This document shows, piece after piece, positions 38,101 to 49,904 of a stretch of 64,000 nucleotides of DNA. A program made the position numbers and the translations under genes. Below the pieces are notes generated by a model. The model did not search any database, was not told the DNA's origin, and was given only the letters and a program-made list of their open reading frames with translations. This stretch comes from Haliotis rufescens (Eukaryota). The stretch spans positions 1,798,001-1,862,000 of the forward strand of contig NW_025963902.1 of the NCBI RefSeq assembly GCF_023055435.1. The letters run 5' to 3'. Each line of letters starts with the position of its first letter. Within the stretch, counting starts at the first letter, position 1.

Positions 38101-41100
38101 AACCCGGTCTCAGTCCTGTGTGCAATATGCCATACAATTCCTACAGAAAGTTACCGGGGGTATAATTTGTGTATACAGAACGCTACCTGGGGTACAATTC
38201 TGAAGTACCTGTGCTGACAATGAACTCTGAATATTGGTGCTCATTTTGGTGCATGAATATGGTCTTCAGTTGATTTCAGATATAAAAGTTACCCAGTTAG
38301 TGCCCAAACATCTACCTGCTAGAACTTGTGACATGGTTATTTGGGCATAATCTCTATTACTATTATGTATATGTGAGTCTGTAAATGACCATGTACACAT
38401 GGATCTTACCTCTAGAGACAAGAATAAACTTAACTAGAATCAGCTGTATTTCCATGATTACATTAATCACAAACCAATAAGACGTGATAGGTACAGTAGA
38501 TATGTAGAGTGGGTGAACACTCCCAGCGATTCTTAGCCGAGAGCCACAATGGGATCTGACAGTCAAGCAATGACCCTACAGTATGACGCTCTCGGATAGC
38601 TGGTTCTATATAGAGTGGGGAGTTGGATGGTTAACATGAAATCAATCAATTTCATTATCTTAATTAGAACTTTATCCTGGGTATCAACTAGTGGTGGGAT
38701 GATACACCGATGCATCGTGATTTTTTACTTCTCGATACAAGTATCGATCACAGTCACACACAAAGTAAAAATTTTTAATTCTGACCTTAAATGTTTGCTT
38801 TAATAACTGTTCCACTAATCAGTAGTGCAAATTAATATTAAAAACATAAATATTTTCATCCATTGTGCCATACTTCACACTACCAACTGTAAATCATCAG
38901 TGAACCCAACAGTGAACACACAATGCCATTTAGAAAGTGGTTAAATGTAACAAATGTTTTATTTGGGATAACAGTTTCTTAGTAAAGCAAAGATTCTCCG
39001 GGATTCGAACCCACACTGCCAGAGTGAGGCACCTAATCTTTACTGAGAAAGTGTTATCCCAAATATAACATTTGTTACATGAACCCAAAAGGTTCTCACC
39101 ACAGGAACTCGATGATAGCGTGTATAACATAATATATTCGTATCGAAAAAAAATCACACCCCTCTATATACATGATATACGTAGAGAATCTATGTATATA
39201 GAGTGGTCTGATTTTTTCTCTCTATTCAGTGTGCAGGCAAAAACGGCACCTCAGCAAAAGGTCATAGATTTCTTTGGCGAAAACTGCCACTATGTGTTGG
39301 CGAAAACGGCACCTCTATTTTTGATAACGATAAGAACGATTTAGTATTATATCTTCATCACATATTTATAACATCAGTTCATGTACCACTGAGCATTGTG
39401 ATAGTAGCTGACTCAGCTAATATCTCGATAACAGGCCACAGAAAGTCTGGTACCACATACACAATTGGTCCACTGGTCACTGTGGTCAGATGGTACAGCA
39501 TGTTGATTTTTTCTGACATTCTTCTTGCATGCAATTCATCCAAAGGCCATTGTGAATAATATTGATCAGACATCACCATGTTAGGCCTCTTAAATACAGT
39601 TTCAGCTTGACATTAAGTTAAACTGAGTAAATGTACCTAAACTTCAAGGCGTAGAGTGTTTTCACAATAAGTTAGCTGAGCCCCCTATCAGAGTCGGCGA
39701 GTAAATTGGAGTAGGGGACTAATTTCTAAGGTAAACTTGTTTTAACATTTCACAATTATTTGTGTTTGTAAGAGATGATGTGAGTTTAATTTCATTTATT
39801 TTACTTCAAAGCATGTTATGTTTTCACAATAAGTTGAGTTGCGTATAGGCAAAGTTGGAATATAGTTGGCGTAGAGGCTAATTTCTAATGTAAACTTGTT
39901 TTAACATTTCACAATTATTCATGTTTGCAAGTTACCATGTAAGTTTAATTTCATTTACACATTTATTTGACCAAGGTAAAAAAACATAAGGTGCCGTTTT
40001 CGCCAGGCAATAGTAGCCGTTTTCGCTTGAGGCGAGGTGACGTTTCCGCCAATCGGTGCCGTTTTCGCCAATCGGTGCCGTTTTGCTCAGGTGCCGTTTT
40101 AGCTATAAGTTATAACCCCCCAAATATGTTATACACGCGATCATCGAGTTCCTCTGGTTTTCACGGGGCAGGGTTAAAAGATGATTTTAAAAGTAACAAC
40201 CTACTGCACTTTCAAAAAGTAACCTCGGTCCGCAAATGATCCGTATCGAGCTAGAGACATACCCGGAGGTGTCATGAATTTGACCATGAAACTTATAATA
40301 ATAACAAACCAAACTCGGGCCAGACGAGACCTCTCTGACTGATTGCAATCTTAAAGAAGGCTTCACTCTTTGTAAACGCTTGGGGAAAGTCGGATAACGT
40401 ATCGGGTCGCGCGGTAGTGTATATCTATATCTTTTCCATTCATCTTTCTAAACATGTATACCTACCATGTTACTGCGTCAGGAGATAAATGATTCCAATG
40501 AACACATCGCGTGAAAGAGTCAAGCTTCGAGCTTTGTTTTTCTCAAAGCTCCTCACAGCGATCACCAGTGCGACGATAGGAGGCAAAAGACAGTGTTACG
40601 CGCTGAGATAGAGTTGGGGTCAAAGGGAAGTAACTCTAAATATCGCACCAGTCATTTGTTGCTAAGAGTGTTCAAGTTCGATTCTAACTTGACCAATCTT
40701 TTCAAAATGTTTTTCATAATTTTTTGAAGTGTCAACAGGAATTTTGATCAATGTGTGATGCTATTTAGATAAATCATGGACTTATATTTTTTTTGATGAG
40801 CTCTTGTTTACATATATCCGTGACTAAATAAGTAACTAAATACATTAAAATATATTTACAAAGACGCCTGCTCACGTATATATGCCAAGCATTTCATAAC
40901 ACCGAGTCGCCAAAGAGCGAAGTGTACGTGCGAAAAGTTCTGGTTGCACATTTTAGTTCACATTCATGAGGCTGCCAACCTTTTGGTACGCGGGATTCGG
41001 GAAGCTATTTCAATAGAAATGAGTCGCGTCCAAGATTATTGCACTTATACAGCGACGTGCATGGACATGTGTGTGTGTGTGGCTGCTTGTACTAGTCCGG

Positions 41101-44100
41101 ACTCATGCCGATTTATAGTACTAGCCCACGGACTGAGACACCATGTCGCAGTTTATCATGAATACCCCACTCAGACACAGAATATACTGATTCCGAGCCG
41201 ACCAGTCCTTGTTTTAGCCCCTTTATGCCGAGCACAAGGCAGGGTAACAACAAGCACCATCTTTTAACGTCTTTTAAATTGGTATGACGCGGTCGGGTAT
41301 TTCAATAGAGAGTATGCGGGACTCAGCAGTGTGGTATCCATGACGCAAATAAAATTGCAAACAAACATAAAACATTGGTCAACCATGTTAATTCGGGTTA
41401 AACCATTCCAGGGCTATGAAATCGAACGTAAATACAGTTAATTATATAAGCAGATAGTTCGTGATACAAAAGTTTTTAATGCATCACAAATATCCGTGTT
41501 TCAGAACAAAGATAAAACTCGACAGATGAGATGACATATATCATCATGATCACTTAAAACAGATTTGATACCCCAATCCCACCATCTCTGCTCGGGAGTA
41601 CACTTGAAATGTAGCATTGATTCAATAAAATGTAGAATGTATTTTGATATTTGAAAAAAACACAAACAAACATCACATGCAATTCCGCAATTCCAACAGG
41701 TAATAGAAAATACAAATAAACAGCTGTTAATGGAAATGCTCCTGTGGATAGACTGCATTCCCTTTCATGTGCTCAACAGATTGTTTGAAGCAACCACAAT
41801 GAAGCCAGATAACATGATGAGCTATAACGAACCAGCAAGCTTGGTATGTTAGCAATCCTTTTAGTTTCAGACTTGAGTACCCTTGGCTCTCTCATAAAGC
41901 ATCCCCATGAACATTGGCCATCGTTGCACTTTGTTGTTGAAACACGTGGTGCTCATAGACGCCAGTCAGGTATCATATCCCAAATATCTCTTTTGTAATA
42001 TATTATTCTCAGATCTGCTTCGAAGACGGCTCATTTATATTAAAGTTCAAGGTTATCCTGAAGGTCATGCCTTAAAAAGCGACTAACAAGATACTCATTT
42101 ACCGAAGATCCGTTAAACTTCGTTGAGACTAGAAAGGGTCACGAGTGACCAACGTTTGAGGTAAAGGACACATTGAAGGTCATTCGCAAAGAGGGTTTGC
42201 CAAGGCTCTTTTCTTCAGACATGACAATTCCCGTGCATGTAGTCGGAAGCGCTGAGGATGGGTATACTAGAAGCGTAACCGCTTGTAGATTTACATATCT
42301 GACGTCGTGTGTATGACTATTTCACAATATTCAAGACCTACAGAGTTCACAATGATCCAGAGAGGAGAGATATAGAGAGAAAGAAATTGTCACTTACCTG
42401 GTGACCTGGTGATGTTATTGCCTTGTCCTGACTCCGGGACGGCCCCCGTGGTCTAGTGGATACATCGTATGCCCGGTCAGCGGCATGTGGTTTGATCCCG
42501 TGCGTCATACCAAAATACGTTAAAAGATGGTACTTGTTGTTGCCCTGCCCGACGATCGGCATTAAGGCCTAAAACAATGACTGGTCGGCTCGGAGTCAGT
42601 ATACTATGTCCGAGTTGAGTATCGATATTAAACAGCGGCATGGTATCTCATCAGTAGGCTAGGACTATATAACCGTCATTAGCTCGGACGAACGCGCGTG
42701 CAATCACAGGCACACACAAACGCAAGCACGCGCGCGCACACACACACGTGCATGCACGTCTCTTTTTAAGTGCAATAATCTTGAACGCCATTACAGCTCA
42801 ACTGACTCAATAAGGCATCAACTGTACACAATTGGCACACAATTATTTTTTTCTGGTTGCAGGGTTCACTTTCAAGAAGAACACGTGAAACCGCTCTCAC
42901 TGAGGACCTCCTGGTCACCTCTACTGCTGACACGGCTGCCTGGACGGGTCACTGCCTACTGTAGTAGCGCCCTCGGGTTCTAGAAACCTATGACATTGGG
43001 TTCGAACACCAATTCGCCCTGATTATGTCCCTAGGTTTGGCAGCACCATACGAGTGACTCACTCAGTCAGTCTACCTGCTTGATTGGAAAACAAAGATAT
43101 TCCCCTGAATTCCTACCCTAGCAGCCTTGGCCCCGTTACACAAAGACATCTTAGCATACTTTAACACTGGCCTACGATAGTCGTAGCGCTAAGATCGCTT
43201 TGTGGAACGGTGCCCTGGTCATGATTCTCGCTGCCCATGTGTATATCAACCTGCATTGGCACATGCCATCTTTGATAGTGGACATAATCTCCCACATAAA
43301 TAACTAATGACTTAACACGACCACAAAGCAGTAACGGTAAATTACGAACCGGAACATGCCAAAGAGTTTTTGTCTGGCGGTGGATTCAAAATTGTGGCCG
43401 AAGCAGTGACATATTCGGAAGCCTTTGAGGGCCATTTTTTCTTACATAACAGGGATAATGCGACTGTTTTGTGTCTTCTCGTCACGCCAGGTCTGCGTTG
43501 AGTTGGCCAAAGTGCCAGGAAACATTATTTGCAGACAAATGATATTAACGGCATGTACATACAGAAGGGAAAATAATACTGACATACCATTAGCTATGTA
43601 AACGTGTTTGTTAGAGCCCGAGAACTGCTTGGGTCACTACTTCAAGATATTTTTTTGTTTCTCATGGGGAGGCCGTACGTTTTTGATTTCTAACATAACA
43701 TATTTTTCCAGGGCATACAACATATCCAGGGAACAACTCGCGAACATTCTCAGATATCAATGAAAGTCAACTTGTTTCATTAAAATGGCATCTGACGAGA
43801 ACTCTTGTAGTATTCTCGAGACATCTCAAAATAATTTTGCGGTTTTGTGGTAGACATGACTCTGTCTTTCTAAGTGAGTGAGGTGGGTTTAACGCTGCTT
43901 TTAACAGGATTCCAGTAATATCGCGGTCTGTCCGCTTAATGTGGGAGGAAAGCCCAAAGTGATGCAGGTCTCACACTTTTATCACTTCGGTGAAACCCAC
44001 GAGCACGGGTATGGTGCTGACAAACCTAGAAACATGGTCGGGGCGAACTGGGATTCGAACCCACAATCATAGGTTGCTGGCGTGCCCAAGGGACGCAACT

Positions 44101-47100
44101 CTGCACACCGAATCGCGGCGACTTAGACAACTGGGCCACCCGTGTCCCCTGTCTTTCTTAACAACTTGTTAGATGCATAAATACTCTGCAGGTCAAAGAA
44201 AGTATGGACCCATGTGTGATGGGGGCTAAAACTGAAACAAACAAGAAATGGTTTCTAGTATTCCATGGTGGTGTATTTGATACGGGTATCATGGTTGTGT
44301 TTTGGACCTAAGTTTGCAGTGTTTCGGTTACTGTATTCAGACTACTGACGTTCTGATATCGCTTGTAATTTTGGGACAAATGAACGTTTCAATTAGATGC
44401 GTTTTTGGCCCGGCAGTTTACATTAATACACATTGGATCCTACCGCTTGGGTGTCTTCAAAACGGAGTGTGTGGACCAGGAGATCTCGATGCCCAGTAAA
44501 GTCCTGCTGATATTGCCTCACATGGTGGAACCACCCGTCATATCCAGCTGCAACGTCAAGAACTTCATGAACACATCGTGAACTTTAAGACAGGATTAAT
44601 GAACAGGCAAATGACAAGCTGAGAAATAAGACAAATGAGTACAGTCGTACTGACTTACAGTATTTCTCTACACATCTTCGGATGATCTGAAATTTCGTCA
44701 CTGATCATTGTGCTATATTCCATATTTTCCTGTATACTTGCATTTCCGAGAATTTGAAATAGTGCCACGGTTTCGTAGCTCACCTGGGTATGTAGCCAAC
44801 AGCTTTTAAATGTCAACAAAATCAGTATCAACATCAGTGGATGTCAGCATTGCTTTTCAAATAGTTTCTGCATAAATTCGTAAATACATGATAATAGTAT
44901 TAACGAATATTAAACAAGTAACTTCATTTTACACCTTTTTTAATCTGCAAGAGTGAATGTACTATCGTATACATTGTTGCAATGTAAAACATTTAAATTT
45001 ACTGTATGCAATGGCTTATGCACCTTAAAGGATAATGCCACACACGACTTCCAATTGGTTCACGAAGAACACAATATTATTCCAATAATTTGAAAAAAAT
45101 ATGATGTCATCATTAGGAGAAACGTAATAGCAATGTTGATCTTCCTCTGTTTGGCAATTGCAGAGGAGAAGAAGAAGAAGATCCAAAAGTGCTTTTAGAG
45201 AAGATGAGAACAGGAGTGGCTGCGCAGTAGCCATAAAAAGGTTTTTCAATCAGTATCCAACACGTCTAATATGAATCAGGGCCTCAACCACAAAGTTTTC
45301 ATGTGATGATACGATTTACGATACATTTCTTTCTGTATCAAAACGATACATTTACTGAAATATATTACTTACTTCTTGTTTAATAAGCTCCAGCATGTTT
45401 GTCAGTCAAATATCGCAAATGAGTTGTCATCAGTGTTTCATGTTCACTACTAAATATAGCCACTACATCGAGTCTAAAGCTGGATTTTCTTTTTGAAGCT
45501 GCTGTGAAATATTTACAGGTCAATAGGTTTCGATATATCTAACGTATCTTGATACGTATCATATCGTGACTTTACTGGATCGTTTCACCCTAGGTCTAGG
45601 CAGTATAGGAGATGTATTATGTTTATGATGTATATGTGTAGACACTTTAAATAATAAGTATTCTGGTTAATCTTTTTTTAACCTAAGGCTAGTTTGAGGA
45701 CTAGTATACTAGCTGCTAAGACAGCGACATTTAACCTCTTCAACAGGTTCCTTTGTCACACAAACGTTCACATCTGTGGAGCCCCACTACTGACTACACC
45801 AAATTTTCATTACATTTTAAACAAAAATGGCTGAACAGTGGCCACCCATAGTTTCAATATGGCTGCTGTGGCGACCATATTGAAAATCTGATTTGAAGCT
45901 CTTGATCAAATATAGGTGTAATCACTGGTAAGATGAAATATGTTAAGTTTTATCTTCATAAGTCCAGTGATGTCAAAAGAGATGATGTTATTAAAGTACT
46001 AGGAAATGCATATTTAGAGAATGTAGAAATATGGTGAGGTCAGATGACAAATGTAACATATTGCAAAAGCGGATCAGACATGTTGGGCTCCACTTCAAAA
46101 TGCATGGACACAACTGAATTACATTTTGAACAAAAAGGCCGTGAACAGTTATTTATCTAGAAGCCTATAGGAACTTCAACCTCAGCTGTCAGCATCAATG
46201 GGATGAAGCATGAAGATTCAGCTTCATTGGTCGTGTGGTTCCTGAGGTGGAGTTGTTTAAAGATGACGCCGGATGTCGGAGAACCAGGCTGTAGGCATAA
46301 GCCCAATTTCTTTTCAATAAGGTGAGCAATAAATTAATGTTATTCATTACTAGCTTTGGTATTCTCTACACAGAGCGAATATCTACACAAATACATTACG
46401 TTTAAGGAATAATTATATGTATGATTTCAATGATTTAATTTGTTCTGTGTGACATCGGAGAACAAATCCTCAATATTACAGCGAGGATATTAAACTGGTT
46501 TAAAACAAAACAGAAATCCAAATATATATCCCATTAAATATTCACCCAACAGGGACAGTATGGAAATAACGGATCGCGAACAAGAACCTTCCTTTGACCT
46601 GGACGTCTGTATGAGTATAGTCACCCTTCCTTCACATTAAAAAAAAATATGACGCTCGTACAAATGGGAACCAGGGTCGCAAATTAGGTGTGATATCTGC
46701 TCCTATCCGAAAAAATTATATGATCAAACCTTCTTTTATAATCTTATGCTGTACTGACAGGAGGCAAAATTGCATAAACCAGTTATATAATCAAATCTGA
46801 AGAAAATTTGGTCATAGTATCTCGCGTTTCTGATATGAATAAACATTTTAAGAGTTTATGCTGGGAATAAGATTATTTGCATTAAATAAATATTTTCATT
46901 GTTCATCAATCAACACTTACTGGAATGATTCAAAAATGCCTGAAGGAAAGACTGAAAGGTTCTCCTGCATCCTCCTCTCCCCTTCTGTGTGTGGAGATAC
47001 TGGGACACGCACACATCCTTGGGGTTCCGGACGAGGTAGAGAATCTTTGGCTTGTGGGTGAGGATCTGTGACGGGAGGAACCGGAGGGGGTAGTGGGAAT

Positions 47101-48585
47101 GGAGGAGCCTGGGGGAGGGGAGGTCAGCGAGCTGGTCAGCTGAGGTACGGTCCAGTAGGTGGAACTGACCAGTCCGGTGATGGTCGTCTGAGCCGGGGGT
47201 CGGGAGGCTGGTAAGGATATTCCACAATGAAGAGCATCCTGGAGAAGAAACATGCAGTGTGTGATTAGGTTTTCATGACGCTTTAGTATTAGTCCATCCA
47301 TTTTACAGCCAGGGAACACCTGTAATGGTCTTCCGACAAAGTTTGCAATTGAACCCGGATGTTCGGAATGAGTGAGTTTACGCCGCTGTTAGCAATAGTC
47401 CAGCAATATCACGCGGAGACCAGAAATGGTCTTCAAGCATTGTACAAATGTTGGGAATCGAACTGGGTGTTCGGGTGGCGAGTCAATATTTTAGCCACTG
47501 GACTGCCCCGAGTGTTGAAGAGGATGGGGTTGAGTGACTGAGCAGAAGGGGTTTTACGTTCCGGTGTGGGAATCGAACCCGGGCTTTTGCGTGACGTGTG
47601 AACGCTCTAACGAAAAGGCTGTCTTCATCCTGGATTATTGAATATTGTGTCATATATACGATCAACGAACAAAATAATGAACTGAAAAATCGAACTGATG
47701 TTGTGATTGGGATATGTTGACTGTTCATTTGGGGACTAACAATGACTGATAGTATTTGTAAACACTTCAGTTATATATGACGTGTTCATGTCATACTAGA
47801 GCAAATTCCGCATACACACACACAAATTATATATATAGATACACATTCTACATATAGATATTGCTTTTGTGATTGTTGTTTAACGCAACAGGCAGCAGTG
47901 CTTCAGCCATATGAGGGCGGCCTGCAAATAGTCCGAACTGGGTCAGACAGACCAGTGATTAATATTATGAACAATGAACCACGTCACCGAACCAGACCAC
48001 CCCATCCATGTAGTTGCTGCCAAAAACGATCAGCACAGTTTTCTCGTTCTCTCCCTCCCTCCCTCCTTCTCACACTCTCTCTCCCTCCCTCACCCCCTCT
48101 CTCTCATTCTCTCACTCTCTCTCTCCCTCCTCACTCTCTCATTCTCTCACTCTCTCTCCCTCCCTCACCCCCTCTCTCTCTCATTCTCTCACTCTCTCTC
48201 TCCCTCCTCACTCTCTCTCTATCTCTCGCGCTCTCTCTCCCTCCCTCTCTCTCTCCCTCTCTCTTTCTCTCGCTTCTCTCTCCCTCCCTCACCCCCTCTC
48301 TCTCTCTCCCTCCCTCACCCCTCTCTCTCTTTCTCTCTCCCTCCCCCACCCCCTCTCTCTTTTTCTCTCGCTCTCTCTCTCCCTCCCTCTCATTTTGCGC
48401 TTTGATTTTCTGCACTCACCTGAATATGGATATCCAATAATGAACACATCGTCTTGCCTCACTGCCAGATCCCTCACCTGTGTGATGTGTGTATGTAGGG
48501 CCCTGTCTCCGGGATACACCTGGAACTCACACCCATCGTACTCCATCAAGGGGAGGTAGTCCCCAGGTCGTGGCGTCTCACACAT
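23128..48585 (-). CDS. Cytosolic sulfotransferase-fold protein, 5 coding exons, ~293 aa, degenerate PAPS motifs
   Basis: Exons 48585-48420, 47238-46921, 44547-44444, 25120-24940, 23240-23128. All introns are GT-AG with phases 1,1,0,1, matching the + strand SULT. Motifs [49 protein letters not shown]. Confidence 0.85.
26490..27512 (+). mobile_element. Non-autonomous Helentron-type (HINE/pearl-like) element with ~4.5 x 172-bp central array
   Basis: atatgtctccc near the 5' end; cttcagtg at 26659, 26831, 27003, 27175 and 27347; (gacgcc)n microsatellite; 3' hairpin tatgtctccc...gggagacata. Confidence 0.82.
28024..28545. mobile_element. MITE with ~63-bp TIRs inserted into a family-1 SINE
   Basis: catcttcccgaggc...cccttgccga versus tcggcaaggg...gcctcgggaagatg; target (g/a)gctttacg duplicated (8-9 bp); the SINE continues to ~28680. 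Confidence 0.88.
29992..30244 (+). mobile_element. SINE-like family 3 with a non-tRNA structured head
   Basis: 13-bp TSD tgtgttgacatat; (caaa)n tail. Copies at about 595-835, 1658-1828(-), 36668-36925(-), 37411-37620, 47872-48010(-), 56430-56550 and 61547-61775. Confidence 0.85.
33425..35755 (-). CDS. C2H2 zinc-finger protein, 776 aa, 14 tandem fingers plus an N-terminal 23-aa repeat array
   Basis: 14 CxxC-x12-HxxxH units (the last two HxxxxH) with SGVKP/TGEKP linkers; splice acceptor ttccttttcag before 35862 indicates an upstream exon. Confidence 0.93.
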   Translation of the reverse strand: MEKQGPVHIRDTISDQKTGHPGCVGELPETSPVQINNSISDQDTGCVGELLETSPVQISNSISDQNTGCVGELLETSPVQISNSISDQNTGCGGELLETSPVQISNSISDQNTGCVGELLETSLVQISNSISDQYTGCDGELLETSPVQINNSISDQNTGCVGELLETSPVQINNSISDQNTGCVGELLETSPVQISNSISDQNTGCVGELIETSPVQINNSISDQNTGCVGELIETSPVQINNSISDQNTGCVGELPETSPVQISNSFSDQDTGCVGELIETSPVQINNSISDQNTRCVGELLETSPVQINISISDRDTGCVGELIETSPVQINNSISDQNTGCVGELPETSPVQISNSFSDQDTGCVGELLERSHPREHEVRRHECTECGKRFKRSGHLKTHMLCHSGIKPHECIECGKTFSQTSNLQIHMLNHSGLKPYECTVCGKKFKQTSNLQNHMLYHSGVKPYECKVCGKKYTQSSNLNTHMVSHGGVKPFECTDCGKKFIQSAHLLRHMIVHSAVKSNLVCMECGKTFGLPHNLKKHMRSHSTIRPFGCNECGKTFTESGDLQRHMMCHRTDEPFECKECGKRFRQRGNLQKHSKCHSGVRSFVCGECGKAFARSGNLQEHMKGHSGVRPFECGVCGKAFARSIKLQIHMRSHTGEKPCKCSVCGKGFTEKSSLNVHMKRHSGVKPFQCCECRKAFTTSGQLQMHMRSHSGVKPYKCDECEKTFTGSSNLQTHKRRHHSGVKSFECDVCGKVFKKSGFLERHKRHKHS
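34634..35689 (-). repeat. Coding 69-bp minisatellite, 15 full copies plus a partial
   Basis: Encodes [13 protein letters not shown](S/N)NSISDQNTG in frame with no indels. Confidence 0.95.
39236..40104. mobile_element. Foldback/MITE with repeated subterminal ggcgaaaacggcacc motifs
   Basis: aaaacggcacctcagcaaaa versus ttttgctcaggtgccgtttt; internal ~140-bp direct repeat. Confidence 0.7.
40460..40640 (-). promoter_or_regulatory. Candidate non-coding first exon/promoter of the zinc-finger gene
   Basis: Donor catg|gtaggt at 40466/40465 in a locally CpG-rich stretch upstream of the acceptor at 35862; no transcript evidence. Confidence 0.3.
43129..43217. mobile_element. Short palindromic MITE
   Basis: ggccccgttacacaaagacatcttagc versus gctaagatcgctttgtggaacggtgccc; a related left end forms the ABHD-unit anchor near 21940. 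Confidence 0.6.
43873..44148 (-). mobile_element. SINE family 4 (expanded tRNA head, V-domain-like body)
   Basis: A box tggcccagttgtctaag; B box gggttcgaatccc; cgtgggtttc...tttcctcccaca core; TSD ctgtctttct. Copies at about 25165-25395(-), 29640-29903(-), 32022-32285(+) and 42970-43065(+). Confidence 0.82.
45740..46333 (+). mobile_element. Decayed Helentron-like non-autonomous element
   Basis: atggctgc...ccatattgaaaat block shared with about 3580-3620, 18160-18200 and 25700-25730; gacgcc-like motif and hairpin-like 3' end. Confidence 0.4.
48048..48392. repeat. CT-rich compound microsatellite in the first coding intron of the minus-strand SULT-like gene
   Basis: Almost pure (CT)n/(CCCT)n. 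Confidence 0.95.
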
Positions 48586-48809
48586 GGAAGGGCAGTAATT
48601 GGGTTCGTAGAGAAATACGCACAGGTGAAATGGTACCTGCCTTGGAAACAAGGAGACTGTCAATGAGAACTATAAACATTCCTAGTTTGTAACTACTAAA
48701 TATTAAATCCATGATTAGAACATTCCCTATGGACAAAGCCGTCTGGCTATTATTGCCGGTAAGGGAGAGACGTGGGTTTACCGCCGCTTTGAACAGTATT
48801 TAGTCATTA

Positions 48810-49904
48810 TTGAGGGAGCTATCTGGCTTAAAAAGTGAGGGAGCTATCTGGCATAATAAGTGTGGGAGCTATCTGGCATAATTAGTGAGGGAGCTATCTG
48901 GCATAATTAGTAGGGGAGCTATCTGGCATAATTAGTGAGGGAGCTATCTGGCATAATGAGTGAGGGAGCAATCTGGCATAAAAAGTGAGGGGGCTATCTG
49001 GCATAATTAGTGAGGGAGCAATCTGGCATAATTAGTGAGGGAGCAATCTGGCATAATTAGTGAGGGAGCAATCTGGCATAATCAGTGAGGGAGCTATCTG
49101 GCATAATTAGTGAGGGAGCTATGTGGCATAATTAGTGAGGGAGCTATGTGGCATAATTAGTGAGGGAGCTATCTTGCATAATTAGTGGGGGAGCTATCTG
49201 GCATAATTAGTGAGGGAGCTACCTGGCATAATTAGTTAGGGAGCTATCTGACATAATTAGTGAGGGAGCTATCTGGCATAATCAGTGAGGGAGCTATCTG
49301 GCATAATTAGTGAGGGAGCTATCTGGCATAATTAGTGAGGGAGCTATCTGGCATAATTAGCGAGGGAGCTATCTGGCATAATAAGTGAGGGAGCTATCTG
49401 GCATAATTAGTGAGGGAGCTATCTGGCATAATTAGTGAGGGAGCTTTCTGGCGTAATCAGCGAGGGAGCTATCTGGCATAATTAGCGAGGGAGCTATCTG
49501 GCATAATTAATGAGGGAGCTATCTGGCATAATAAGTGAGGGAGCTATCTGGCATAATTAGTGAGGGAGCTATCTGGCATAATTAGTGAGGGAGCTTTCTG
49601 GCGTAATCAGCGAGGGAGCTATCTGGCATAATAAGCGAGGGAGCTATCTGGCATCATTAATGAGGGAGCTATCTGGCATAATTAGTGAGGGAGCTATCTG
49701 GCATAATTAGTGAGGGAGCTATGTGGCATAATTAGTGAGGGAGCTATGTGGCATAATTAGTGAGGGAGCTATCTGGCATAATTAGTGAGGGAGATATGTT
49801 GCATAATTAGTGAGGGAGCTATCTGGCATCATTAGTGAGGGCGCTATTTGGCATAATTAGTGAGGGAGCTATGTGGCATAATTAGTTAGGGAGCTATCTG
49901 GCAT
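48810..49904. repeat. 25-bp minisatellite, ~44 copies
   Basis: Unit agtgagggagctatctggcataatt, head-to-tail with no spacers. Confidence 0.96.

Noticed and set aside
47898-48559. Leu/Ser/Pro-rich and Glu/Arg-rich ORFs
   Set aside because: Translations of the CT microsatellite; only 48420-48585 on the minus strand is a real exon.
48810-49904. CRISPR-like regular repeat
   Set aside because: Head-to-tail units with no unique spacers, no cas genes and a eukaryotic context. The same applies to the 71-bp and 69-bp arrays.
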